A stretch of 63,996 bases of DNA, filler included, from Basidiobolus ranarum (Eukaryota): the NCBI GenBank assembly GCA_040143965.1. It is 15 parts of 15 records of this genome, joined end to end, with 100 filler letters (N's around TTAATTAATTAA, not from the genome) between each part and the next. Parts side by side here need not be neighbours in the genome. Positions count along the whole stretch, not along the records: positions 34,302 to 38,481 come from JASJQH010002083.1; positions 38,582 to 42,761 come from JASJQH010002084.1; positions 42,862 to 47,039 come from JASJQH010002085.1; positions 47,140 to 51,313 come from JASJQH010002086.1; 11 more parts are not named here. One strand, given 5' to 3'. A program made the translations under genes and the position numbers. The notes below the pieces were generated by a model. The model was not told where the DNA came from, did not search any database, and saw only the letters and a list, made by a program, of their open reading frames with translations. Shown in pieces: positions 34,302-47,862 of the stretch. Every line of letters starts with the position of its first letter. The stretch's first letter is position 1.

Positions 34302-36225
34302 ACCAAGCTTGATAAGGTGTCATAGCCAATAGAGACCTAGAAGGACATCTATTCCTAATATATACTGCAGTTGCAACCGATTCAGCCCAGAACTGTTTTG
34401 GTAAATCTTGATTATGAAGCATTGATTTTGCCTTTTCCATTATTGTCTATTTGCATGGTCTGCTAATTCATTCTGCTGTGGGGAATATGGAACTGTAGTC
34501 TGCTGCTTTTCCATATCTTGAGCAGAAGTTTGAGAAGAGTATTGAGGTATATTCCCCTCCATTATCAGTATGGATAATCTTAATCTTTAGACTCTTTTAG
34601 CCTCCACAATTGCTTTGAATTTCTTGTAGGTATCAAAGGCATCATCTTTACTGGCCAGAAAGTACACCCAAGTATACTTCCTATTTCATTAATAAAAGTC
34701 ATAAAATACCTTGTTGCACCTAAGGATTTTGTCTGCATTGGGCCTCACAGATCTGAGTGTATCAGGCCCAATTTTTGATCAATTTTGCTCATTCCAGAGA
34801 CCACAAATGGCTGTCTGTGTAGCCTACCATAAAAGCAACCTTCACATAGCTCTCCATCTGGTGGATTTACAAAATTTAGTCCCAAAAGCATCTTTTTTTA
34901 TTACATTTCTGATATTTTCAGCTCCTAAATGACCCAAACTTCTATGCCAGATTTTCCAGTCTATCTCATCAGTTGTGGCAGTATTAACTTGTTCATACAT
35001 TGGCCTAATATAATGAATTTATACAAGTTATTTTGCTTAGCCCCAGAAGCTACATATTTCCTTTTTGATCCCTGATTGTACAGCCAATTTGATCAAAATC
35101 AAAGCTATATACATCAGATGTGGCTTTACTCACTCATAACAAATTTTTTGCAAACCCAGACATATATAGCATGTTTTTTAGTATCAAATACATGTCTCCA
35201 GAGATGCACCCAAAATCCACTTCAATTTCTCCCACGCCTAGAGCTTTGAGTGGCCAGTCATCTCACTAATGAACCTTCTTGTTTATGTCAATTTTGAGTG
35301 TCTTGAACCAGTTTTTTTGATTAGAGAAATGTCAAAAGGCTCCAGAAGAAATATACCACAACCTACAGTCTTGCTCAGAGGTCACTGATAGGGCAGAAGT
35401 GAATGAAACTTCCTCTTGGGTTGAAACCTGATCTGCATGTTCTGACTTCTCATTTTTGTTGTAATTTCTTGTTTTGCAATCTTTTAACCGGTGTCCTGGT
35501 TTGTTACAGCCATAGCATCACCATGGATTCCATCTTCTGTAACCTTTGTACTTGCCAAAGCTACATTTTCCAGCTCCAAAAAGAGTAACTTCCTCAGATT
35601 CTTTTTCCCAAATTCTTACATCTGAGGAGTTGATCCATAAGTCATGCCACCAAAAACCCCAAAGACAACTTATCAGACCTTGTTTCCAAAGCTGTGACCA
35701 AGTTTGAATACTGTTCTGGTAAACTATGTAGAATAGTCAAAATGACATCATCTTCCTGTAAAGTTGCACCAATATTTTCCAGTTGATTTACCAAAGACCT
35801 TGCATTTGCAATATGAGTAGCCATGCTTTCAGACTTTTCCACCTTTATATTGAAAATTATTTGTCTGAGAAAGAGTCTATTAGCAAGACTCTTTGCTTTA
35901 CAACACTCTTCCAATATAGTCTAAGCTTGATGAGAAGTCTTTGCATATTGAATATTCTCAAGTTGTGAATCCTTCAAACTTTGACAAATGACATTGAAGG
36001 CCTTCTTGTCTCTTTTCTTGTAAGCTTCCAATATAGAAGGGTCAGAAGGTTCCTTTTCATCTCCGGAGACTACATCCTAAAGCTCCCTGTCTTCCAGCAT
36101 GATTTGCATCTTGAACTTCCAGAAATTGTAATTATCTCCATCAAGCTTTTCAACACTTGAGTTAATAAAAGTGGTAGTAGTAGTTTCTGTCACGCTGTAA
36201 AGGTTAGAACATGGGGCTCATAACC
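34302..36225 (-). mobile_element. Decayed Ty1/copia (family A): PBS 36211-36225, gag, protease, integrase
   Basis: PBS GGTTATGAGCCCC, EKLDGDNYNFWKFKMQIMLED, ILTILHSLPEQYSNLVTALE, DNGGEY, LPKQFWAESVATAVYIRNRCP. Confidence 0.93.
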
Positions 36226-36603
36226 TATTAGGAAAATATAGGCTGTTTGGAGGAACTTGAGAAAAGTGGAGTAGTGAATTACTTTGTGAGATAATTATTT
36301 ATTGTCCAGAAATAAAGCATGTATACATTTTGGTGGAAGTACAGAAAACTAACACTGAGATTGCATTCAAAAAATCTGTGGGAGTAAAAAGAACTACTTT
36401 TGGGGCAATTTGGATGAGTTTGAAATTTTCAATATGGAATTGCTAATTTTCACATTATTCACATATATATATAATATGTTTTCCAATTTGCAGTAGAGTG
36501 ATATTTGACTAAGAGATCTTAACTAACTTATATGTGATATATGTAGTAGTTAGGTGTACAAAGATAGAGATAACAAATATGATAAAGGCAGTAAACTTCA
36601 ACA
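36226..36603 (-). repeat. 5' LTR, family A (TGTTGAAG..., ~378 nt)
   Basis: Abuts the PBS and has a TG start at 36603. Copies at 8586 and 39264. Confidence 0.88.
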
Positions 36604-36619
36604 GTTTGTAACAAAACTA

Positions 36620-37005
36620 TTGTTTTCTTGTTCAACTTCTGACATACTACCATCAATACTGGAATAACCAAGGCTAACATCTAGCAGCAAGTCCTCAAAG
36701 TTGTCTGGACTTACTGGTTTGACCAAAGTTGCATTTTGACCTACATCATTCTGGTCATATTACTGTGGTAACTCCATGGTATCTTGACATTTAGCACTGT
36801 TACCAAAACTTTGAGGCAAACTACAGTCAGTGGACTCAATAGGCAAAACTAACATTGATTTAGTGCACTTATTACTGTTGTAATACACCAGGCTTTATGC
36901 AGCTGGTGGCTTTGTACAGTGACCATGCATGTGATTATTTTTTCTATGAAGCCTCCAGCTTTCATAGCACAAGAATTTGTCACAATAATAGCAGGGTTTT
37001 TGAAA
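36620..37005 (-). mobile_element. CACTA Tnp2 element 5' fragment
   Basis: Colinear with 29340-29715. Confidence 0.8.
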
Positions 37006-37010
37006 CGTTT

Positions 37011-37700
37011 CTCTTACAAAAATAAAAAATATTTGATCTGGATTGGATCAACCCATGTGGATCACAAAATCATCAGAGAACAATCACAATAATGATGGCT
37101 TGCATTCTGCCAGGTGTTTTCATGGTGTGATGGTGGCTTCATGATGGTATTATGACAGTATTCATATATGTTGAAATATCTATTTGTATAACCTCCAGTA
37201 ATTTTTGCAACAATATTACTTTCCAATGGCAAAATACTGGGTTTGCTGCTGTAGGAATTCAAATTAATATGCATGCCATTATTTATATTTTTTAAGCTTT
37301 GTATTACAGCCATAATGAGAATCAAAAATACAAGAATCTTGTTGCGTTTATTATCTGTATATGCACATGCTTGACTGATCAGACATAACTCAACAACATC
37401 AATATGCTTCACCAGCACATTAATGGTGGAAAAATTGCTAAACATCTAAAATTTTAAATAGCACTGACACTTGGCAAATAGGTGACTCTTCTTACCATTC
37501 ATAATGAGAATAAGCTCTTGGATTTTGACATATTTCTGTAAAGAATTCAGCCAATATACCCCTGACCTGCAATCAACAAATGTCCTGCCACAAGTAGGTG
37601 TGTCATTGCTTGAATAGATTACCCCATGGCTAAAACAATAATACTGTGTATCTCAATCTATCTCACCAAGAAGTCTGTTTTGCAGCTTTCCTAGAGATAC
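37011..37700 (+). mobile_element. Left end of CCCTA-type DNA transposon, degenerate copy
   Basis: Matches 63681-63996 and 39845-40545. Starts CTCTTACAAAAAT (consensus CCCTAACAAAAAT). Confidence 0.7.
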
Positions 37701-37719
37701 CATCAGATTATCACACAAA

Positions 37720-38481
37720 CCAATTAGTCCAAATTATAACGGTACTTGCTCTGTGACCAAGGATTGGGCTTTGCTGCTATTATTGTTCTCAAACAAGGTG
37801 AAAACCCATGAGCACATTGAAAAAAGCCCTTTGTTAGAAGGTTAATTATCCCTGGAATCTCTTTAACCCATTCTATTACATCCATCACTGATTTTACTGA
37901 TACATGGTTAATCAGATTAGTATAGGTTAATACTGACAATTTCACATGGTGCATCATATCACCACAGGTGCACTCCATTGGGAACTCCCAGAATGTACAG
38001 CAAGGGCCTACAATCTCTAAGCATTGTGAAAGATGCAGCTGGGAATATATTGAATACCTGCATAGATTCCATCAATCTTCTTTAAGCCTATAATGAAGTT
38101 TTTCATATCAAGTACAAAATCTTCACGCAGCTGCTATGTCTGCTTGAGATCAGCCAATGTGAGTTGATGACATAAGAATTTATTAACAATATTTAGAAAC
38201 AACTCCAATATTGCCAATACGTATCAGGCAGAAATCTTTTCAAGATTCCACTTGGATATATAGAAATCCAATACTCCCAGTCTTTGCATTCAAATAAATG
38301 CCTAGATGAGTGGATATTGATGGGAGTCCTGGAAAAATATGATGGTATCTTGATGGGCTCAACAATTTTCCCAATTGATTCAAACTTTGATCCTATCTCA
38401 AATGGCTCATTCATATTGAATTTTCCATTATGTAGCTGAGTAAGTAGTATTGGAATGCTGCTGAATAGTAAGTGCATAGTG
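37720..38481 (-). mobile_element. CACTA Tnp2 transposase C-terminal half, pseudogene
   Basis: MHLLFSSIP...IPSYFSRTP...FECKDW, and LHLSQCLEIVGPCCTFWEFPMECTCG. Confidence 0.85.
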
Positions 38482-38971
38482 NNNNNNNNNNNNNNNNNNN
38501 NNNNNNNNNNNNNNNNNNNNNNNNNTTAATTAATTAANNNNNNNNNNNNNNNNNNNNNNNNNNNNNNNNNNNNNNNNNNNNACTAATGGCTAATGGAATA
38601 ATCATTGTTTCAGTCTTGCACAATTTCTCCTATAATAACAAATATATGGGCTCAATTCAAATGAAGAGCTCAGACAGCTTGTCTAATTGTATTCAAGAGA
38701 ATATGATGAAATAAGGCTGCACTAAAATCTTTGAAATTGAGACCAGAAGTTGGCCACATGCCTCCACCAACTTATATTTCACATCAAGACTTTTTTTACC
38801 AACATTTAGTAACTTGTAAAAGTATTGGGGGAAGCACTACTTCAGGCATTACTTGCAAAGCATCAGTTTCTTAGAAATATCCTATTCTTCACATATAGCA
38901 GTGTATATTTGGCATCAATATGCAAGATTTTTGTATACTTGAATTCTGATGATAGGGTAGACTTATATATA

Positions 38972-39643
38972 GGTTGAAATTAACACAGCTTCAATATCTA
39001 TATATAGTCATATATAGCTTAGTGTTTAATTATTTCATATTTTACTACAATATCACTTACTATACTCAAGTGGAGTTTACTCAGAATATTTTTATCAATT
39101 CAGAAGTTCTCAGATATATAGATTTTTGGAACTTGTCCTAGAGACCCAAAATTTGCACACATATTCCAGAGACATTTTTTAATGCATTTTACATGTTTGC
39201 TGGTTTACCTCTTGACAAAGAAATATATGTCAACTTTCTGCTTAATAAATCAATAAGTGACAGTGTTGAAGTTTATTGTCTTTATCATATTTTTTATCTC
39301 TATCTTTATACACCTAACTATTTCATATATCATATATAAGTTAGTTAACATTTCTTAGTCAAATAGCACTTAACTGAAAATTGGCACATATATTATATAA
39401 ATATGTGAATAATGTGAGAATTAGCAATTCAATATTGTAAATATCAAACTCAACCAAATTGCCCCAAAGATAGCTCATTTTATGCCCACAGATGTTATGA
39501 ACACAACACCAGTGTTAGCTTTCAATATTTCCACCAAAATGTATAAATGCTTTATTTCTGCACAATAAACAATTATCTCACAAAAAGCTATTCACAACTC
39601 CACTTTTCTAAAGGTCCTCCAAACAGCCCATATTTTCCCAGTA
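38972..39643 (+). repeat. LTR family B (38972-39260) followed directly by a full LTR family A (39264-39643)
   Basis: Homology to 26321(-) and 36603(-) respectively. TGTTGAAG starts at 39264. Confidence 0.85.
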
Positions 39644-39689
39644 ATAGACACCATTCAGGATCCAACCAAAACAATGAGGGAAATGCTTC

Positions 39690-39845
39690 AATATGATTTG
39701 GGAAATCCTCCCATGAAGTTTTAGATGCTTGATCTTTTGGAGTTTCAGATAGTGCTCCAGAGAGTCTGCCAAAAAATGTGCACCTCTGTCAGTCAGAATT
39801 TTAATTGAGCATCCAAATTGCAAGAGTATTTCCACATTGATATCT
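39690..39845 (-). mobile_element. Ty3/gypsy-type integrase fragment
   Basis: EILLQFGCSIKILTDRGAHFLADSLEHYLKLQKIKH. Confidence 0.75.
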
Positions 39846-40545
39846 TCACATAATGAAATTGATTTGAACCAGATCAGATTAACCCTTCTAAATTGCAAAA
39901 CCATCAGAAAACCATCACAATATTGGTGGCTTGAATTCTGCCACGTATTTTGATGGTGCAGTGGTGGCTTCTTGATGGTATTTTGATGGTATTCATATAT
40001 GTTAAAATATTGATCCTCATATTTGGCATGCATTATTAATTTCTTGCAATTTTTACAAAAATATAATTTTTGAATAGCATATTACTGGGTTTACTGCTGT
40101 AGGAATTCAAATTAATATGCATGCCTTTATTTAGATATTCATGGCTTTGTATCCTAGCCATACTGAGAATAAAAAGATACAAGAATCTTGTTGTGTTTTG
40201 TCTATACATATGCACTAACTTGACTGATCAGACATAACTCAACAACATCAATATGCTTTACCAGCAAACTAAGAGTGGAAAAACTAATAAACATCTAAGA
40301 TTTTGAATACCATTGACACTTGGCAAATAGCTGACTCTTGTTACCATTCACATTGAGTATAAGCTCTTGGATTTTGGCAAATTTCTGAAAAGAATTTGGC
40401 TAAAATACCCCTGACTTGCAGTCAACAAATGTCCTGCCACAAGTAGATATGTCACTGCTTGAATAGATTACCCCTTTGCTAAAATGATAATACTGCATAT
40501 CTTGATCTATTTCACCAAGAGGTCTGTCTTACAGTTTTCCTATGG
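39846..40545 (+). mobile_element. Left end of CCCTA-type DNA transposon, degenerate copy
   Basis: Colinear with 37011-37700 and 63681-63996. Confidence 0.7.
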
Positions 40546-40549
40546 CTCC

Positions 40550-41750
40550 ATTACTATTGAGAAAAGTGTCCCCAGTTGCTGATCTTCTATCATCAAAGTC
40601 TCATCCCTGGTTGGCATCATGGTGTCCTCTAATACTTTGTGTATCAGGAGCACCAGAATATTCCAGAACTAGATCCACAATTTCTCTTAATAGCTGAGTA
40701 TTTGTTTTACTGCAGTTTGTGCTCAGATCTGGCATTTTGAGATATTGGCCAAACATTCCTACCACCACAGTAAAATCAGGATGTGTTTTAACCATTGTAT
40801 ACATTAAACTACCATCATGGATTGATAACAAAACTCCTGGCTTGGTTTGGAGTTTTTTCGGGATAAAATGGATGCAAATTTGATAATCTCACATTGGGAT
40901 CCATTGGTGTTGATACAGTCTTGCTATTCCCCATGTTGAAGCATTTTAGGATATCCTGGCTATATATGGACTGATTCAGCATGATTCTTTGACTTGGCTT
41001 ATATCTCTTGATTTGAAATGCAATGAAATAACTTAGTTTCCCCACATCTTTCATCTGAAGTTGGTTTGGTATGCTGCTTCTTGTCTGATCAGGTGCTTCT
41101 CAATCATTTGTGGCTATGATCCAGTCATGCCATAAAGTGCCAAGATATGTATCCCATACTAGTTGTTCTGAATTAGTTACTGTGCTCTGCTAAGCATACT
41201 TGAAATTCCAATAACTATAAATAGGTTCTATTCAATTGTACTATGTCATGCCTGCTTCCTTGAGTCCATACAGTACCTTTTGCAGGACCATATCTGGGTT
41301 TTTCAGTCAACAAAACATCTTGTTGGTTCATATAGATCATTCTTCTATTTGATGTAAATCAAGGTTATGGATGGCTGAGTGTACCAGGATTGATCTAATG
41401 GAGCTAAACTCAGCTGCCAGAGCAAACATATCATTAAAATCAACCCCTGGAGTATGGGATAACATTTTGCAACTGATCTTGCTTTGTGTGTTTCTAGGGT
41501 TCCATCAGCTTAGTATTAGACTTTGTAGATCTATTTGCAAACAATTGGCTTTCTCCCTGATGGTAGAGGCATCAAAACCCATGCTTGCTTGTCATGAGGT
41601 GAGGAAAACTCATCCAGCATATTTTTGCCCACAATTTTGATTCAAGACACTCTAGAGCTTGACCCAAAGTCTGTGGCTCATCACAGAATGCTGCACAGTA
41701 TTCAGGGAATGTGAATTCACTGACTCTAGGTTCCAAATTAGAGTTTTTTG
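40550..41750 (-). mobile_element. Decayed Ty1/copia RT
   Basis: DEPQTLGQALEC, LYGLKEA, MKDVGKLSYF...LNQSIY...TVSTPMD, GSLMYTMVKTHPD. Confidence 0.9.
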
Positions 41751-41751
41751 A

Positions 41752-42761
41752 GCTGGAATTAGGTAATATGCTGTGCAATATTCTAAATATTTGGCCCACA
41801 ATCTGGCCATTCAAAAACATGTATTTATTTCTCCAATTGATAGAAATACCAATTACATCACTGATGCCAATTTTCACTATTGTTTCAAAACTTCTCCAAA
41901 TCACCACACCCTTTCACCCATGCTTTACAGGCATTTTGTTATGATCTAGGCTGATTCAACAGTCCTGTTACCAATTAAACTAGAAATAGGAAATATAATT
42001 TTCAATTGAACATCAGTGTCTAAATCTCAAGTCCAAATCTTGTCCAAATCAATTCTAAATTCCCTAAAAGCATTGATCAGGCTGTGAGCTCCAAGCAAGC
42101 TGCTAAAAGTATGTGAACCAGTACTATTACCATTGCAGATCAGTTAAAGCAGAAGAAATAGAGCCAAAGGGCCACCTGGAGCTATCCTTACCTTTCACAG
42201 GAAGCAGAGGGAAGCACTCACTACACTTTGTCTATATCTCAGACACACTCAATGAAGTCACATAAACTCAGCAAAAAAACATCCAAACTGCTTGGAAAAC
42301 TCTTGCAGATCTGCTCTGATACAAAGATGAAACAGTTATGGGGCTACTTCAGAGCCTGCCAGACTAGTTTGGAAACCTCATAATGTCCCCAGAATCAACA
42401 TCTGAGCAAAACAATGCAGATCAGGCATTTTTTGGAGTTGTAAACATCCAACAGGCCACCATATTGGTGTTCCTAATGGGAAATCATTCACTTGTAAGAA
42501 TGGCACAAAACCAGGTCATTTAATCAATGATTGCCAAAAAGCTAAAATTGGAGTATGTAAATCAAGTAAGCATCAATAGGGATCATGTATTTGTGTCTGC
42601 CCTATCAGTAACCATTAAAGAAGACTCAGAAACAGGTACATCCCAGCATATGGCCAACAAGAGAGATTGGTTTTCCAGGTTAAAGCCCATCCATACAAGG
42701 AAAGTTTACTTAGATGCTGACTGTGCACTATATGCTGTTGGTAAGGGCACAGTTGTACTCA
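41752..42761 (+). mobile_element. Copia family C 5' end: LTR (~41752-42079), degenerate PBS (42080-42092), internally deleted gag and protease
   Basis: ...TTGATCA-GGCTGTGAGCTCC, then SQHMANKRDWFSRLKP...AVGKGTVVL. Confidence 0.85.
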
Positions 42762-42861
42762 NNNNNNNNNNNNNNNNNNNNNNNNNNNNNNNNNNNNNNN
42801 NNNNNTTAATTAATTAANNNNNNNNNNNNNNNNNNNNNNNNNNNNNNNNNNNNNNNNNNNN

Positions 42862-43107
42862 CGTGGTCCCGTTCGTGGTATCTCCTTCAAGCTTCAAGAA
42901 GAAGAACGTGAGCGTAAGGACAACTACGTTCCTGAATTCTCTGCTTTGGACATTTCCAACATTGAAGTTGACCCCGAAACCAAGGAACTTCTCAAGTCCC
43001 TTAACATGGAAAACCTTCCAGGAGTCAGCGTTGCCGCTCCTGCTCAGGCATTCGTTCCCGGAGCCAACCGTGGTCGTCGTGCTCCTAGAAGAAAGACTGA
43101 CCAATAA
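42862..43107 (+). CDS. RPS17: 40S ribosomal protein S17 (eS17), 3' part
   Basis: [30 protein letters not shown]...[14 protein letters not shown]...KTDQ*. The 5' part is cut off by the contig edge. Confidence 0.97.
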   Translation, partial: RGPVRGISFKLQEEERERKDNYVPEFSALDISNIEVDPETKELLKSLNMENLPGVSVAAPAQAFVPGANRGRRAPRRKTDQ

Positions 43108-43692
43108 TCTACTTTATTGTCAACTTTTTAAAATATTAATAAATTATCACATTTTGGATATATGTCTATGTAATTGATAGTGAGTCTTTTTGCATTTCCT
43201 GGACCCATTTAGAATTGTCCCAACTGACACCTTGTCATTGCTAAACGCTTGTTACTGCATCCTCCAAGATACAAGCAGCTAGCATTTACGAAAGTTGGAA
43301 TTTTGCATTGCAGTCATTGTGGACTAATGATTTTCATACTACAAGAGCATCAATATTGATATTCTCCATTGATTGGATGGGATTCAATAGTCATGTTGTT
43401 TACATAATTTCTTGAATGTCATAATAGACTGACAATGTTACATCAATATATAGTAAAATGTAAACGATTTCGAATGTAAATACTTTTTGAGTCAAAACAA
43501 AAACAGTGAGATACATAATTCGCAACTAAATATTTCTTTTCTCTTGGCACTTAGTTGGTTAGCTTATTTGAGGCTGACTTTATTTCCTTCATTCCCCCAT
43601 TCCTGTATTGGTTCTGTACTTAATTTGATATTCTTATCATTTTACACTCTCCATTTGATTTTATTATAGTGACATCTCCCTACATCTAAGTC

Positions 43693-45193
43693 ATGGAAAG
43701 ATACGAGTCCCTAGAGGTTATTGGCACTGGTTCCTTCGGCTTGGTCCGTAAAGTGAAAAGAAAAAGTGACGGAAAAGCAAGTAACCTTTTAAAAATGATT
43801 CACCCTAACCTTAATCTAACAAATTGATGTAGATTCTTGCACGCAAAGAAATCAACTATGTCAAGCTTAGCGAGAAAGAAAAACAACAGCTCGTTGCTGA
43901 GCTTAACATCTTAAAAGAGATTCGCCACCCACACATCGTTCGGTATTACGACAGACAGTTCTTACACAATTCTGGTGTGTTCCATTTAATTATGGAGTAC
44001 TGCTCTGGTGGGGATTTACGAGCTCTACTTAACGATTTCATCGCTAAAGAGTAACTATTTCTATATTATGTATATTCCTCCATTCTTGTATTAATTCATC
44101 GATTTTTCTTCAATAGTAAGCTCATAAAAGAAGAGGCAGTTTGGAGTATTTTCTCTCAGACTGTTTTAGCACTACATGAGTGCCATCAAGGGTATTCACA
44201 ACGATCAAATAAAGATCACCATGTAATTCTACATCGAGACCTGAAGCCAGATAATATTTTCTTGGACGGTGATTGCAACATCAAACTTGGAGATTTTGGG
44301 TTATCAAGAGTACTCGACGATCCGTCTACGATGTTTGCAAAGACATATGTTGGAACTCCTTACTATATGTCCCCAGAGTTGATCAATGGTCAGCCCTATG
44401 ATGCCAAGTCGGACATTTGGGCATTGGGATGTATTCTGTATGAGATATGCGCTTTAAAGTTAGTGTTGTATATATCTTCCACTTGAAATACATTGCAAGT
44501 TGCTAATTTACATTTCTAGACCTCCATTTCCAGCACAATCCCAAGCTGTGCTCTTTAATAAGATTCTTACTGGTTCGGTGCCTAGACTTCCATCTTACTA
44601 CTCTAGCGAGTTGAATAATGTTGTTAAGTCTATGCTTCAATTGAATGTAGGTTTTCTGTTCGGTTGTATTTCAAGATTTGCCTTATTTACGAATTTTTAT
44701 ACCATTAATGTAGCCTTTGTCTCGTCCATCTACCACGCAACTTCTTAAACTTGAAAAAATTCAAAATTATACCCGTAACAATGAGAATAAGGAACGTCAG
44801 TCGCAACTGAAAAAAAAAGAAGACGAAATCAACTCTCGCTATAAAGCACTTCAAGAAATGGAGGCTCATCTGAAAGCCAAGGACGAAGAACTTCGGCAGA
44901 TGGATGCAAGTATCAGCGCTCGTGAAGCCGCCATCAGTAAACATGAAGCTGAGCTCAAAGTACGCGAAGAATGTATTGAGCAAAGGGAGATGGAGCTCAA
45001 AGCCATCCGTGCCAAACTTGTGAACACTCCTAAAAAAGAATATGACTTTATGGATATTTCGAATTTAAGTGTTCCAAGGCTTAATAACAATCATGCCTCT
45101 GCCACTGTAAACGGAAATCAGCCAGCGAATATGATGGATGAGGATGATGATATTCCCTCTCCGTTTCTTAAACGTTGGTCTACTGTCAGCTAA
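43693..45193 (+). CDS. NEK2: NIMA/NEK2-family Ser/Thr kinase with C-terminal coiled coil, 5 exons
   Basis: MERYESLEVIGTGSFGLVRK...DGK/ILARKEI...EKEKQQLVAELNIL...HRDLKPDNIFL...DFGLSR...YVGTPYYMSPE...KSDIWALG. Exons 43693-43776, 43833-44050, 44117-44458, 44520-44646, 44714-45193. Confidence 0.95.
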
Positions 45194-45640
45194 TTTAAAT
45201 CATTAATATTCGATTTTAAACTATCACGATCTTGTCTCTTCAGAGATACTATACATTTCCACCTCTTTCACAGTTCCTCTAGCCCAAAAAACATTTGCAA
45301 ATGAACATTCCCCATCGTTTTCTCTTTCACAACTCAACCGTTTGTGCGCAGAGATGCACATTTGTTGGCATCAATCCTTTTTTATTTTGTAAGATATTAC
45401 GCGACCCATTTATCTTGTTTGAACTAAATTCGAATCATTTTATGATATCTACTCTGAAAATAAATTATTTCAAGAATCGTCCGTCTCAAAGCTGTATGAG
45501 CAAGAAAATCTTTATTTCCGGGTATTTGGCAGACTCCGTAAATTTTCATTACTTCTCAACCCGATGACTTGATAAACGTACATAAATGAAAATGCATTAT
45601 GTTTGATATTGAGAAAACTACAATGCCAATTGTTGATGAA

Positions 45641-46277
45641 CTATTGTTTCAAGGAAGCTGCTTCCTCAACAAATTGGTCAACGAACTTTTGATCACGCAT
45701 TCCCACGAACTTGCTGATTACTTCACCGTTGTAAATAGTGGCGACGGTAGGAAGTGAGGCAATCTGAGTTAAGAAAAATTAGATGACTTCTTCATACAAA
45801 ATAATCGGAGTTTAGGTACCTCATATTTAGCTGCAACAGCGTTTGCTTCATCCACATCAAGCTTGACCAAATTAACTTTTCCATTCTTTTCTACAGATTT
45901 TTTGAGAATAGGTGCCAACATACGACAAGGTCCACACCAACTATTCATCGTTAAACAGCTTAAATATTTGGTCTGAAGGGGATTTTATATCGTTGAAATT
46001 TACCTTGCATAAAAATCGACAACTACTGGTACTTGACTTTTTTCGGCTAATTCCTGGAAAGTATCTTGAGTAGCTTCCAAGATTTTTCCATCGCGTAAAA
46101 GAGAGGAGCTATGAAATCCAGCAACAGAGATACCACGAGGAACGGAAACACCTAGGTTTTAAAGAGTTTGAAATTTAAAGCAACGTAAGTTATTCCTGCC
46201 ACAGAAAATAAAGAAGTAGCTTATTGTGAACAGTGTTTACGTGTTAGAGAGCGAGTAGCGACACTAAGGAAAGTCAT
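45641..46277 (-). CDS. Thioredoxin with N-terminal mitochondrial-type presequence, 4 exons
   Basis: MTFLSVATRSLTRVSVPRG...FHSSSLLR...VVVDFYASWCGPCRMLAP...VKLDVD...YEIASLPTV...FVG...SLKQ-TAG. Confidence 0.93.
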
Positions 46278-46649
46278 TTTGTGACGGAGCACTTGCTGTA
46301 GTCTAATAGATATATCTTCAAAAAAACCTTTTTCAAGTACAGAATTGTCCCGATTATGACATCATTTACAAAATTGCTTGATACCCCCATTTATCAAATA
46401 TAAACTGCCATTTTAAGAAAACTGGAGCAATAGTTGATTCTTTATCGGAATTTAAGATAGGTTGCTTACAAATAGATGATTTATAATCAAAGAAATATTA
46501 TTTCAGGATTTAATGTTGAAAGTCTATCTAAATTACATAGAAACGAAGGATTTACAAGACAGTGATACCACAATAATACACAGGAAAAGAGCTTAAAACT
46601 TGAAGGCATCGTGTCTTTTTTAGAAGCAGCTTCAGGTACGTTACTTCGT

Positions 46650-46973
46650 TTACTCATCCTCCTCACTATCCAGATCCTCAACAACGCCTTCGTCTTCGTC
46701 GATTAAAAGATTTTCTAGGGTTTGAACTATTTGAGCTACATCCATGTTGTCATCTACCTCTTCACCTAAGGCTCGAGCAAGATCTAGCAAAATTGCTCTG
46801 TCAACCTCGTCGATTTCTTCATTATCTTTGACGAGATTTATAAGTTCGCTTGGGCTGACACAATTGTCTATTCTTTCGTCCTCCTCCTCCTCGTAGCTAT
46901 TGTCATCAACATAATCAAGATCCTCCTGTTCATCATAGCTAGAATCTAAAATATCTAATCTGCTTGAGGTCAT
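46650..46973 (-). CDS. Highly acidic small protein or 3' exon, function unknown
   Basis: D/E-rich ORF with an amphipathic helical segment (EIDEVDRAILLDLARALGEE...IVQTLENLL), ending in TAA. The 5' boundary is uncertain because it lies near the contig edge. Confidence 0.55.
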   Translation of the reverse strand: MTSSRLDILDSSYDEQEDLDYVDDNSYEEEEDERIDNCVSPSELINLVKDNEEIDEVDRAILLDLARALGEEVDDNMDVAQIVQTLENLLIDEDEGVVEDLDSEEDE

Positions 46974-47139
46974 TATGTTAAGACAGAAGTGATGTATGTG
47001 AAGAACTAGAGTTGGTACGAATAAAATCTGCAAAGGTATNNNNNNNNNNNNNNNNNNNNNNNNNNNNNNNNNNNNNNNNNNNNTTAATTAATTAANNNNN
47101 NNNNNNNNNNNNNNNNNNNNNNNNNNNNNNNNNNNNNNN

Positions 47140-47250
47140 AGATATTCCTATTTAGAATATATGGGCTATAGATACGTTGCTTTCTGTTTCTGATATATGT
47201 ATCATAACTAAAGTTAACTATGATGTTGAATAAAGATTAATTATCCAACA
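47140..47250 (-). repeat. LTR family D, partial
   Basis: Matches ~55985-56094 and ends TCCAACA on the + strand. Confidence 0.8.
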
Positions 47251-47862
47251 GTAACTCTAATAGTGCAATATACTGGGGCTGATAGCATAAGCTTACAATT
47301 GAAAGTAGAATAAATTGAGCTGAAGTAGTCGCAGCATGTCTATGTTTTACTACTTAATAAAATTAGTGTTACCATATGAAACTTCATGTGTGTTCATATA
47401 ACTATCATTTGAATTGCTAATGGACAATGTGCTTTCCTCAGACATTACTTTGGTTCTTCCTACTCAACTATAATGGCAGATTTATCTTCTTTAAATCTTC
47501 TCTATTGTTCAAGCTGATGATTCTCTCCAAATGACTGTGATTAAGACTGATAACCTGTTTAGACAAATTCCTTTGTTTCTAAGCTTACTTATATAGTAAG
47601 TAATAAAAATGCATGGACTGACAAAACTTTCTGGAAAGTAAAACCAGTAGTATCGCGGTAAGTAGGAGATGTGAAGAAACAAGTATAGTATACATTTGCT
47701 TTATTTCTTGACAAAAATCGAAATAGAATGCGTCAGCCGAGCACGTTGCATAAAACGCTTTTCAAAATTTACTGACAAGTTTGAAATATATCACTAGTAG
47801 AACTAACAGAATGGGTAAAATTGGTGAAATGATAACTCGAGGTAGCTACCCAAATATCATCC

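Noticed and set aside
42862-47039. RPS17-NEK2-thioredoxin-acidic ORF as a functional gene cluster
   Set aside because: These are unrelated housekeeping genes in ordinary compact arrangement.
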